Shown here: positions 1 to 11,087 of the stretch, in pieces
Layout: the number at the start of each line of letters is the position of its first letter
Position numbering within the stretch: position 1 is the first letter of the stretch
Assembly: GCA_021513695.1 (NCBI GenBank)
Contig: CP084166.1
Location: 2,400,001 to 2,464,000, forward strand
Direction: 5' to 3'
DNA from: Candidatus Heimdallarchaeum aukensis
GTDB lineage: Archaea > Asgardarchaeota > Heimdallarchaeia > Heimdallarchaeales > Heimdallarchaeaceae
DNA: 64,000 nt
Position numbers and translations under genes: made by a program
Notes under the pieces: generated by a model
Databases searched by the model: none
What the model was told of the DNA's origin: nothing
Seen by the model: the letters and a program-made list of their open reading frames with translations, nothing else

Positions 1-219
1 GTTGCACAAGTTACAAATAGAACTTAAGTTACTAGGTGGTAATGGTGGAAGATTCTGTTTTTCTCTTGCTTTTTTATGAGCCTTAAAGATATATTCTTCT
101 GATTGTATAGGTCGCTCTTTTAAACAAGAATTACAAATAGTAAGAATTTGAGCTATTAGTTTTTTTTCTCCACATATGCCACAATCACGTCTTGTGTTTC
201 TTTGGTCAGTGAAAAACAT
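1..219 (-). CDS. Cys-rich protein, N-terminal fragment only (gene runs off the left edge of the window)
   Basis: Not in ORF track because there is no stop in the window. ATG at 219-217 on the minus strand, open for all 73 codons down to nt 1: MFFTDQRNTRRDCGICGEKKLIAQILTICNSCLKERPIQSEEYIFKAHKKAREKQNLPPLPPSNLSSICNLCN. Two CxxC pairs plus a further C-x2-C at the edge. Faint resemblance to the N-terminus of radical-SAM activase-type proteins, but no CxxxCxxC core is visible inside the window. Confidence 0.4.
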   Translation of the reverse strand, partial: MFFTDQRNTRRDCGICGEKKLIAQILTICNSCLKERPIQSEEYIFKAHKKAREKQNLPPLPPSNLSSICNLCN

Positions 220-305
220 TCAATATAACTAAGTATTACATATTTCTTAATCTTTTGTTGCAAAATAAGAGTAGCAATAGTTCTAAAAAAAAAAGAAAAA
301 TAATT

Positions 306-1463
306 TTAAATTAAATTAAACAATTTTTTTCTTTTACGGATAATAATAACCATAGTCATTAAAAACATAATAGCCGTTAAAGAGTAATTCAGTGAGTAAT
401 CTAAAGGAAATGTGTTTAATATGTCAGTATTTGTATCAGTTGTATTTCCACTTGGTTCCTCTCCTTCTCCCAAAATTCTTAGTTCGTGAATAGCTAGTGC
501 AGGCATGCTTTCGTTGTTATATGCTACATCGAAATAGTTGGGCCCTTCTAATGATTGATATTAAGCTAAATTTGTGAAGTATATACTTTCTCCCAAATTA
601 GTTTGAAAATCTCCTCCGTTAATATCTTCTGATCTTAAAGGCTTTGAAAACTCTATTTGTCTCATGTTTTGGTTATAAATAAATGTGGCTCATCCATCAA
701 TTGTTCCTCCGACATCAATGTCACTAATAGGTTCTCCTTTAGTTTGATCAAAAACCATATCTTCGTATGATTCTGGGGTCATTACAGCAAGATCTGTTCC
801 TCTATCAACTTCCAACATATTTGCTGTTTGACCAAACATGAATATATTCGCATCTCCTTCATCATATTTCTCCTCATAGATCTCAAAATAGATATATGTT
901 GTGTATCCATCAGTAACAAAACGAATTTCTCCATCAAAGCGATTATCCTCTTGGATATAGTTATTTTCCCAATCAACAAAATATATAGTAACATGGTATG
1001 TTACTGCTCTATCCCAAAAATCTTCATTTGCATAACCGTCATAAGTAATATCCACCGAAGAGAGATAAACACACTCATAGACTTGATCTGAAAGCAACCA
1101 ATTAACCTTTCCTCCTATTTCTGGAGTGTGGATAATATCTCCATTATCAGTACCAAGTGAGAGACGAATAAATTTGAATGTAGAACCATCCGCAATAGAC
1201 CGATTAGGTCCTCCAGGAGCAGTTGTGTCAATCCAAGCTACAATGAAAACACCAATTGAGTTGCCATAACCTAGATCAAAATCAAAGCCATTGATATCAT
1301 TAGACTGTAATTCTTTTTGAAATTCAAAATATGAACCGTCGTTAGTCATTTTCGTGAATGCATTAACATTATTTTGCCCTCCCCTATCTCCATCGTTAAA
1401 AGGTTCTACGAAAAAAGAATCAAAGCCATGGTCTTCGACTCTATTATCTGAAGCGTTCATCAA
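306..1463 (-). pseudogene. Decaying gene for a secreted, C-terminally anchored protein, interrupted by two in-frame stop codons
   Basis: Track ORFs 690..1463 and 306..506 and the unlisted stretch 507..689 share one minus-strand frame. Read-through gives ...DVGGTIDG*(TGA 692-690)ATFIYNQNMRQIEFSKPLRSEDINGGDFQTNLGESIYFTNLA*(TAA 563-561)YQSLEGPNYFDVAYNNESMPALAIHEL..., ending in a Thr/Asp-rich linker, a hydrophobic helix and an RKRKK tail. Composition is coding-like across both stops. The 257-aa piece has no signal peptide. Confidence 0.6.
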
Positions 1464-1504
1464 CTTAATTTTTGTACAATATTCTTGTACGCCAATCTTG
1501 CTCT

Positions 1505-1620
1505 CGGAAAGATCTGTCTAGGGGGGAGATCTAAACACTCATTAAGCCAGAGGAGAAGGTTGAGCACTCCTCCACCGTGGAAACTGGATGAATAAATCCT
1601 CTCACACGGGAAAGTTAAGT
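1505..1620. other. GC-enriched structured island (candidate small RNA or relic of an inserted element) between the two halves of the decaying gene
   Basis: Visibly more GC-rich than its surroundings. Hairpin AGATCT(1510-1515)/AGATCT(1527-1532) with an 11-nt loop. Hairpin GAGGAG(1550-1555)/CTCCTC(1567-1572) with an 11-nt loop. Dyad TCCAC-C-GTGGA at 1571-1581. Stops in all frames, no credible ORF. Confidence 0.2.
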
Positions 1621-1757
1621 TGTATTTAACTTTTCTTTGATTTCTTTCTTTATGCGCATGTTTTTTTATCCTGACACACCGTGCCAGCTTAGAGAGTAAG
1701 TATTTTTCTTAACATTTATCTTTTTTTTTCACTCTCTACATTACTAATGTCTTTTCA

Positions 1758-2180
1758 CTATTTAAACACCAATTTTTTAATTTGACAAAAATGTACAAAA
1801 AAGTAATCCATGAATATTGCATCAATTGTTTCTCCTTGCTCTTCTCTTCCAAAGAACATTATCTCTGTTGCATAAACTTGTCCTTCTAGATTAGGAATAT
1901 AAACAAAACCATAAAGAAATGAGTTGTCATATGCAAAATTTACTTTTGCAGAAACAATTATGGGTGGATCGTGGGGTTCTATTGGAACCAAATTTATCTC
2001 CACAAGGGAACTATTATCCCATTCTTGAAAGATTCCATCTAATACAATGGTGTCATTATAAGGAGCAATTATTGAGGGATTATCTGTTGTTTCCCCAGCA
2101 TAAAGTAAATTGATTTTTATAATTAATCCAATTAGAAGGCAAGCGAAAAAAATTATTGAAAAAATTTTTCTTTGCTTCAT
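1758..2180 (-). CDS. Small secreted protein; possibly the detached N-terminal part of the 306..1463 pseudogene
   Basis: Signal-peptide-like N-terminus MKQRKIFSIIFFACLLIGLIIKINLLYAG. Its frame (mod 3) is the same as that of 306..1463. Beta-rich extracellular-type composition similar to the downstream fragment. Confidence 0.5.
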   Translation of the reverse strand: MKQRKIFSIIFFACLLIGLIIKINLLYAGETTDNPSIIAPYNDTIVLDGIFQEWDNSSLVEINLVPIEPHDPPIIVSAKVNFAYDNSFLYGFVYIPNLEGQVYATEIMFFGREEQGETIDAIFMDYFFVHFCQIKKLVFK

Positions 2181-2307
2181 TTTATCACCAACTATGTTTG
2201 CTTAGACAATGTTTTGATAATATATATTTTTTTCAAAAAGGTAAATTGTAAAAAGAAAAAAACATTTGTTTCTTTTTGGAATATAGGTCGTGAAATGGCT
2301 TTTTAGA

Positions 2308-3465
2308 TTAGCTTTTCTTTTTTTGAGTGATAAGGATTATAACAACTGTTGCTACGATTAGTCCTATTCCTCCTATAATAAATGCTGGATATATGGGTTT
2401 GGAAGGAATAGGTATTTGTTCATCTTCAATTCCCATTAATTTGTTAAGTGCTGCAGTAGCATTTATCAAACCATAACCGAAGTAATTATCTTTCCCCACA
2501 TCTCCAAGATCAGTAGCTGTTTCATGAAAAATGTTTCTTATTTCATCGACAGAGATGGTATTGTTTAGAGATTTCATTAGGGCTATTATTCCTGAAACTT
2601 GAGGGGCAGCAAAAGAGGTTCCCCAGCCGAACATATACCCCTCGGATAGGTAAGGGCCTTTTATTCCTGTTCCTTCATCTCCTACTGGAGCTACTAATTC
2701 AGTCCACTCTCCATAGTTGCTGTAATCAGCTTTTTCTTTGTCATAGTTTGTTGCTCCTACGGCAATTACTTCCTCATAAGCTCCAGGGTAAGACATTATT
2801 TCTTTTCCTCCCCCATATGAAAGCCAAGAGTTACCAGTTATTGAGACTATTGCAACATTATTTTCTATAGCATAAACTATATCATCGTGATAATCTTCAC
2901 TTTCAGAATAGTATTGTAAACTTAAATTAATTACGTCTGCTCCATTATCTACGGCATATCTTATTGCATCACCTAATCCTTTTAACGTAGTTCCTTGATA
3001 ATTATCTGACTTGAGTACTCGAATATCCATAATAGTTACGTTAGGAGCTACTCCTGCGATTCCCTCATCATTGACTGGAGATGCGATAATTCCTGCAATA
3101 AATGTAGCATGCCAATGAATAGGGTCGTCTTCTTCTGGACCAGGGATGCTGTCATTAGAAACAAAATCCCAACCGTGTATATCATCAATATAACCATTAT
3201 TATCGTCATCAATAGAATTGTTTGCAATTTCGTCTTCATTGATCCACACCACATCTTGTAACTCCGGATGTGAAAAATCTATTCCACTGTCAATAACAGC
3301 TATAGTAATATCTCTTGAACCGTTAGTTAATTTCCAAGCTCCATATATGCCTATTTGCTCAAAATACCATGGATTTTCACTAGAAATAGCAAAAGTGTCG
3401 AAATAATAGTTGAATTGATTTAAAAGGAATAGTAAAAGAATCCCAATCACAATTTGTTTTTTCAT
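2308..3465 (-). CDS. Subtilisin-like serine protease (peptidase S8), secreted and C-terminally membrane-anchored
   Basis: Catalytic-residue contexts AVIDSGID (Asp), HWHATFIAG (His, atypical versus HGTHVAG) and GTSFAAPQVSG (Ser). Signal peptide MKKQIVIGILLLFLLNQF. C-terminal PAFIIGGIGLIVATVVIILITQKKKS. Confidence 0.85.
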   Translation of the reverse strand: MKKQIVIGILLLFLLNQFNYYFDTFAISSENPWYFEQIGIYGAWKLTNGSRDITIAVIDSGIDFSHPELQDVVWINEDEIANNSIDDDNNGYIDDIHGWDFVSNDSIPGPEEDDPIHWHATFIAGIIASPVNDEGIAGVAPNVTIMDIRVLKSDNYQGTTLKGLGDAIRYAVDNGADVINLSLQYYSESEDYHDDIVYAIENNVAIVSITGNSWLSYGGGKEIMSYPGAYEEVIAVGATNYDKEKADYSNYGEWTELVAPVGDEGTGIKGPYLSEGYMFGWGTSFAAPQVSGIIALMKSLNNTISVDEIRNIFHETATDLGDVGKDNYFGYGLINATAALNKLMGIEDEQIPIPSKPIYPAFIIGGIGLIVATVVIILITQKKKS

Positions 3466-3554
3466 ATTTTATAACTAGATTATGGAAATATATAAGACTA
3501 TAGAAAAATGAAGAATAAGTAATAGAAACGTTCGTTGAAATAATTTAAGAATGA

Positions 3555-6692
<3,138 letters not shown>

Positions 6693-6728
6693 GATAAATA
6701 ATAAAAATAACAACAAAAATTTTGTTCT

Positions 6729-7550
6729 ATGAATGGAAAGAGAGGAAAAAACTTTCGTGTAGTTCCCTTTGAGAAAAATCGGAAAATTATTCTAGATTTA
6801 CTTGAGCAAGGAAAGAAAAGAAATCATGTGAAAGCTTTAGTTGAAGTTGATGTGACTGATGCTAGAGAGTTTTTTAAGAGATACAAAGAAATTAAAGGAG
6901 AAAAACTATCTTTTACTGCATGGATTATATATTGTGTAGCTAAAGCAATAGATGAGAATATAGAAGTAAATGCATATAGAAAGGGAAGAAGAAAAATAGT
7001 TATCTTTGACGAAGTTGATGTGGGAACAATTATTGAAAGAGAAATTGAAGGAAAAAAAATACCCAGAAAATACATAATCAGAGGAGCTAATAGAAAGAGT
7101 TTGATAGATATTCATAATGAAATAAGAGCTGTTCAAAGAAAAGAGATTAGTGGCCCCATACTAGGAAATAAAAAAGAAACAAAATTTGTTAACTTTTTTG
7201 CTTCATTACCTAAGTTTATCAGAAAAATTTTCTGGTGGTGGACAAAACAAAAGCCTGAATTCAGAAAGAAAATGTTAGGGACAATTACAGTTTCATCTGT
7301 TGGTATGTTTGGAAGAACAGGAGGTTGGGGGATAGTTATTTCTTCTGAAACTGTTCATGTTATGATTGGAGGGATTGCTAGAAAACCTGGAGTGGTAGGG
7401 GATGAAATCTCGATTAGAGAGTATTTAGATCTTACATTAATGGCTGACCATTCAATTATTGATGGAGGACCTATAGCCAGACTTCTTCAAAGACTCATTG
7501 ACTTGATAGAAAGCTCTTACGGCTTAGATGACAATCTACTAAAAACTTAA
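6729..7550 (+). CDS. 2-oxoacid dehydrogenase E2 / CAT-like acyltransferase catalytic-domain protein (stand-alone)
   Basis: C-terminal LMADHSIIDGGPIARLLQRL fits the DH(R)xxDG catalytic motif of E2 acyltransferase catalytic domains. No lipoyl or E3-binding domain. Confidence 0.6.
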   Translation: MNGKRGKNFRVVPFEKNRKIILDLLEQGKKRNHVKALVEVDVTDAREFFKRYKEIKGEKLSFTAWIIYCVAKAIDENIEVNAYRKGRRKIVIFDEVDVGTIIEREIEGKKIPRKYIIRGANRKSLIDIHNEIRAVQRKEISGPILGNKKETKFVNFFASLPKFIRKIFWWWTKQKPEFRKKMLGTITVSSVGMFGRTGGWGIVISSETVHVMIGGIARKPGVVGDEISIREYLDLTLMADHSIIDGGPIARLLQRLIDLIESSYGLDDNLLKT

Positions 7551-7576
7551 TAAAAAATGAGAAGAAGAGAAAAAAT

Positions 7577-8119
7577 TTACACTTTGTCTGTTATGTGGTC
7601 AACAATTCTGAAAAGCATAGCAAAAGGAGTTAAGGCTCCAAGAATGTAAACAAAGAAGTTAATAATTATAACCACTATTGGAACAGGAATGTATAGAGAT
7701 CCAATTGATAAACCGATCAGGATAACTAAGAATATGATAAATCCTAAAAGTATTTTTAAGGCTCCACCAAACGCACCAAAGAAACTAACCTTCTTAGAGA
7801 ATTTAGGTCCTCTTGTTGCAGTGAAAATAAAAGCTGCAAAACCACCGATCATTATGAACAAAAATCCTAAAATTATTAGTACAAAACCAATAATGCTTGC
7901 TACATTTCCGAAGAAAGCTGTTGGATCTAATAATACACTGAAGTCTCCTCCAATCAAAGCTAAAAGCGCTGTAAAGTCAAACAGGAAAAATCCTCCTACA
8001 ACTAACCCAAAACCAATTATGTTGTAAACTATTGATATTAGTATGTAGATGATTGCTCTTCCATACGATTCAAAAAAATTCGAGATTCCCGACTGTTCTT
8101 TATAAACCATTTTTTTCAC
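7577..8119 (-). CDS. Polytopic membrane protein, unknown function
   Basis: 180 aa, Gly/Phe/Ile-rich, with four to five hydrophobic helices. Its start lies 65 bp from the left end of the IS element. Without the IS it would sit about 80 nt downstream of nikR on the same strand. Confidence 0.6.
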   Translation of the reverse strand: MKKMVYKEQSGISNFFESYGRAIIYILISIVYNIIGFGLVVGGFFLFDFTALLALIGGDFSVLLDPTAFFGNVASIIGFVLIILGFLFIMIGGFAAFIFTATRGPKFSKKVSFFGAFGGALKILLGFIIFLVILIGLSIGSLYIPVPIVVIIINFFVYILGALTPFAMLFRIVDHITDKV

Positions 8120-8174
8120 CTAATATTTTATTTTTGTAAAGATTTAGTAGAAGAGACATATAAATCTTTGCTAT

Positions 8175-8199
8175 CTTGGAGGAGGTAGTGTCTAGTTTT
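8175..8199. repeat. Left target-site duplication (8175-8183 CTTGGAGGA) plus left terminal inverted repeat (8184-8199 GGTAGTGTCTAGTTTT)
   Basis: Read directly. The 16-nt IR is the perfect reverse complement of 8930-8945. The 9-nt flank is identical to 8946-8954. Confidence 0.9.
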
Positions 8200-8945
8200 C
8201 TTCCGACAAAATATTTGTGGGGACTCTAATAGTAAGATATGAAAACACAAAAACTATCTACTCTTTTTAAGAGATGCAGAGTCCCCAAAAAAATAATAAT
8301 AAAAGCTATTTATGAATATATTGGTTCAAAGAATGGTTTGAGGACAGTAGCATGGAAGAATGGTTTAACGCATCAAACATTATGGTATTGGGTAAAGAAG
8401 TTCAGGCTCTTTAGGGAAAGTTTACATAGAGTTGTAGCAGAGAGAGGGGGAATACCAGAGATTATAGTAGTAGATGAAACAGAGATTAGGACCTCTCAAG
8501 GCTCAATATATCTGTGGTTCGCGTTAGATCCTTACAACAAGACTTTACTGGGTTTTAGTATTACTAAAGGACGGAGTAATCTTGAATGTTTACTAACTTT
8601 CCGTTATTGGTTCAAATGTTGGGGTTTTAAGCCCCGTATTGTCGTTACAGATGCAGGAGTATGGTATCCTGTCTTACTTCGTCTCGGTATCAAAATCTCT
8701 GTTATCAAAGGTGGTTTACGCTCCTATATTGAACGTTTTAATGCTACTCTTAAGAGTTATCGTTGGTTTCATTCTATTCTCCACTGCACTTGTCCTATCC
8801 GTGCCGTCTATGGCTCTACTCATCTTTCTGGTTTCCTTACTCTCTTTATGCTCCATTATAATTTCGTTCGTCCTCATCAGAGCTTGGGACATCCTCCCCT
8901 TAGTTCCTTTTTACCTAGGAGGTGGTATAAAAACTAGACACTACC
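8184..8945 (+). mobile_element. Intact insertion sequence, IS6-family-like (762 bp, single transposase ORF)
   Basis: Perfect 16-bp terminal inverted repeats beginning GG, a 9-bp direct repeat of flanking DNA, and one 232-aa DDE transposase ORF whose stop (8935-8937) lies inside the right IR. Size and architecture match what is known for IS6-family elements (about 0.8 kb, transposase of about 230 aa, short IRs, about 8-bp duplications). Confidence 0.85.
8239..8937 (+). CDS. DDE transposase (IS6-family-like)
   Basis: N-terminal HTH-like GLRTVAWKNGLTHQTLWYWVKKF. Candidate DDE triad in VVDETEI, IVVTDAGVWY and YIERFNATLK. C-terminal YNFVRPHQSLG motif typical of this transposase class. Confidence 0.85.
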   Translation: MKTQKLSTLFKRCRVPKKIIIKAIYEYIGSKNGLRTVAWKNGLTHQTLWYWVKKFRLFRESLHRVVAERGGIPEIIVVDETEIRTSQGSIYLWFALDPYNKTLLGFSITKGRSNLECLLTFRYWFKCWGFKPRIVVTDAGVWYPVLLRLGIKISVIKGGLRSYIERFNATLKSYRWFHSILHCTCPIRAVYGSTHLSGFLTLFMLHYNFVRPHQSLGHPPLSSFLPRRWYKN

Positions 8946-8954
8946 CTTGGAGGA
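8930..8954. repeat. Right terminal inverted repeat (8930-8945 AAAACTAGACACTACC) plus right target-site duplication (8946-8954 CTTGGAGGA)
   Basis: Read directly; see the left-end feature. Confidence 0.9.
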
Positions 8955-8970
8955 AGAAATATTGTACTGT

Positions 8971-9396
8971 CTAAAAAACAATTGGTGTAATGTAGAGTTT
9001 TCCTCCGATAACAGCTTTGAAGGAAAGAATGTTCTCGGAAAATTCTTTTATTTGCCTTGCTTTTCCTTTAAGAAAAATCGTTTCCAAACACAATTCGTGC
9101 GTAATATGGGCATGCATGGTTGATACAATTATTTCATCATTATCATGTTGTATTTGAGTTAACTTCTCGGAGCTATTAAAAGAATGGTGGTCGTATAAAT
9201 AAGTTAAACTTCCAACAACTTGAACATTAGGGTCAACGTTAAGTTCAGATTTGGCTAAATGTTCCCTTACTATAAATCTAATAGCTTCAGACCTGTTAGG
9301 GAATTTTTTTTCTTTTATCCATTCATCAAGCTTTGAAAGTAACTCTGGTTCGAAAGACACTCCTGTCCTAGTGACATAGGTCTTTTTTTCTTTCAT
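8971..9396 (-). CDS. nikR: Nickel-responsive transcriptional regulator NikR
   Basis: N-terminal ribbon-helix-helix TRTGVSFEPELLSKLDEWIKEKKFPNRSEAIRFIVREHL. C-terminal metal-site pattern MHAHITHELC (H-x-H-x5-C) with upstream His residues (LYDHHSF, IQHD). Confidence 0.85.
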   Translation of the reverse strand: MKEKKTYVTRTGVSFEPELLSKLDEWIKEKKFPNRSEAIRFIVREHLAKSELNVDPNVQVVGSLTYLYDHHSFNSSEKLTQIQHDNDEIIVSTMHAHITHELCLETIFLKGKARQIKEFSENILSFKAVIGGKLYITPIVF

Positions 9397-9702
9397 AATT
9401 TTCTAACAGCTTTTGAGATTAAAGAATATTTCCTTAAATGAACTTTATATTTAGTTGATTATAAGAGAATACCTTTAATAGAGAATAAAAGTCAATTTGT
9501 TTGCAATTTTATAAAGATGAGAGTGATACTTGTAATTAATTTTGCTTAATTTTATGAAAAATGAAAAGTTTAATTTTTTAACTGTTGTGTGTTTTAAACT
9601 TAATTTTTTTAATAGATAGTATTATTACTTACCATTACTAATTTGTTTTAGTTAAAATGTTTAATGAAAACTTAATCATAAAATCAATTGGAGGATTATC
9701 AA

Positions 9703-10089
9703 ATGGAGCCTGGTGAACACATGATGGATTGGTGGGGTATTCCTTTTATGGGTTATATGATGATTGGAGCAGCACTCGTGCTTGTATTAATTGCATTTCT
9801 GATATATTTAGATGCAGAAAAACGTGGAATGAATGGTTTATTATGGTTTTTCTTGGTTATTGTACCAATGATAAGCGTGGTATCTATTATAGTCTACCTC
9901 ATAATAAGAGTTGATTATCCTGTACAGCAACCAGTTAAAGAAAGCTTATTACACAAACCACAAGTTTATCAAGAAAGCCCAACATCAAAGATTACTGCTT
10001 TAGCAAAGCTTGATGAACGCTATGCTAATGGCGAAATAACTCGTGAAGAATACTATCAGATGAAAAGAGATATTGAGTTATCCCCATAA
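9703..10089 (+). CDS. Small membrane protein with C-terminal SHOCT-like domain
   Basis: Two hydrophobic helices followed by LAKLDERYANGEITREEYYQMKRDIE (SHOCT-type short C-terminal motif). ATG at 9703 preceded by GGAGGA; the track start at 9688 is TTG. Confidence 0.6.
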   Translation: MEPGEHMMDWWGIPFMGYMMIGAALVLVLIAFLIYLDAEKRGMNGLLWFFLVIVPMISVVSIIVYLIIRVDYPVQQPVKESLLHKPQVYQESPTSKITALAKLDERYANGEITREEYYQMKRDIELSP

Positions 10090-10214
10090 AAATAACCAAT
10101 TTTTTTATTTTTGTCTGTAGAGACTATTAACAAGACCAATAAAAATAGACTTTATATATAAAGCAAAAAGTTTCTGCTTTTTCTTTTTTTATTCTTTTTC
10201 ATTTTTTTGAAATT

Positions 10215-10931
10215 TTAATTTCTTTTTGTTTCTTTTTCAATTACTCCATCTCTCATGTGAATGGTCCTTTTTGCCACTTTTGCAGCAGATAAGTTGTGAG
10301 TAACCATCAAAATGGTTGTATTCTTTTTCTCATTTAATTCTTGTAAAAGTTCTAAAACTCTTTGTCCAGTTTGTGAATCAAGGTTTCCTGTAGCTTCATC
10401 ACATAATAATATGACAGGGTCGTTTACTATACTTCGCATTATTGCTACTCTTTGTCTTTCTCCAGAACTTAATTCTTCAGGAAACTTGTGTTTTAGATGA
10501 TTTAAATCAAAATCATCAAATAGTTTGTTTACTTTTTTTCTTCTCTCGGAGTAATCTTGATAGTCAAAAATGAGTGGAAGTTCCACGTTTTCGTAAGCTG
10601 TTAAACCATCAATTAGGTTGAAAAATTGAAAAACAAATCCTATCTTTCTTCTTCTAAATTTTGCTAGTTCGTTTGGAGAGAATTTAGTTACATTCTCTCC
10701 GTCAATTATTATGGATCCTTCAGTTGGGTGTTCTATTGTTCCAATTAGATTTAGTAATGTGGTTTTTCCACTCCCTGAAGGTCCAACACATGAAACAAAT
10801 TCTCCTTTGTCAATTGAAAAACTTATATCTCTGACTGCTATAACCTCATTTTCTCCAACAGTAAATGACTTTTTTACGTGTTCAACTTTCACAATAGGAT
10901 TCATTCTCGAGAAGACTTCTTTAATATGCAC
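10215..10931 (-). CDS. ABC transporter ATP-binding protein (MacB/LolD-like), no adjacent permease gene
   Basis: Walker A GPSGSGKTT, signature LSSGERQRV, Walker B ILLCDEATGNLD, H-loop VTHN. Track start is GTG at 10931; an alternative ATG at 10904 gives MNPIVKVEHV. Confidence 0.85.
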   Translation of the reverse strand: MHIKEVFSRMNPIVKVEHVKKSFTVGENEVIAVRDISFSIDKGEFVSCVGPSGSGKTTLLNLIGTIEHPTEGSIIIDGENVTKFSPNELAKFRRRKIGFVFQFFNLIDGLTAYENVELPLIFDYQDYSERRKKVNKLFDDFDLNHLKHKFPEELSSGERQRVAIMRSIVNDPVILLCDEATGNLDSQTGQRVLELLQELNEKKNTTILMVTHNLSAAKVAKRTIHMRDGVIEKETKRN

Positions 10932-11087
10932 TAATAAAGTTGTTTAAAAAACATTAAAACTTATCTTTGAGAAATACTGTGCTTCATTTATTTTTCCTTA
11001 AGATTCCTTTTATTTTATGAGCAAAAGTTAAAAAGCATAGACTTTTTTCCACTCAGTAAAACAAAATTTATGGAGTGAATAAATAAA

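Noticed and set aside
690-692. In-frame TGA as a possible selenocysteine codon or other recoding event
   Set aside because: A second in-frame stop (TAA at 561-563) follows in the same gene. There is no redox-type Cys/Sec context. Other genes in the window terminate normally at TGA, so the standard code and a pseudogene are the simpler reading.
1571-1584. Dyad TCCACCGTGGAAAC resembles archaeal origin recognition boxes (TTCCAGTGGAAAC type), with a G-run nearby
   Set aside because: There is only a single copy, no inverted partner flanking an unwinding element, and no orc1/cdc6 gene in the window. It is not supportable as a replication origin.
1606-1620. ACGGGAAAGTTAAGT resembles the conserved CGGAAGUUAAGC stretch of archaeal 5S rRNA
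   Set aside because: The flanks do not continue as 5S. The downstream sequence is AT-rich, with no helix II/IV/V partners and no pairing 5' and 3' ends. The match is too short to count.
8639-8974. 111-aa plus-strand ORF overlapping the transposase gene and running across the right IR and target duplication
   Set aside because: It is an alternative frame of the transposase gene and extends beyond the element boundary into flanking DNA. It is hydrophobic and low-complexity, so it is not credible as a gene.
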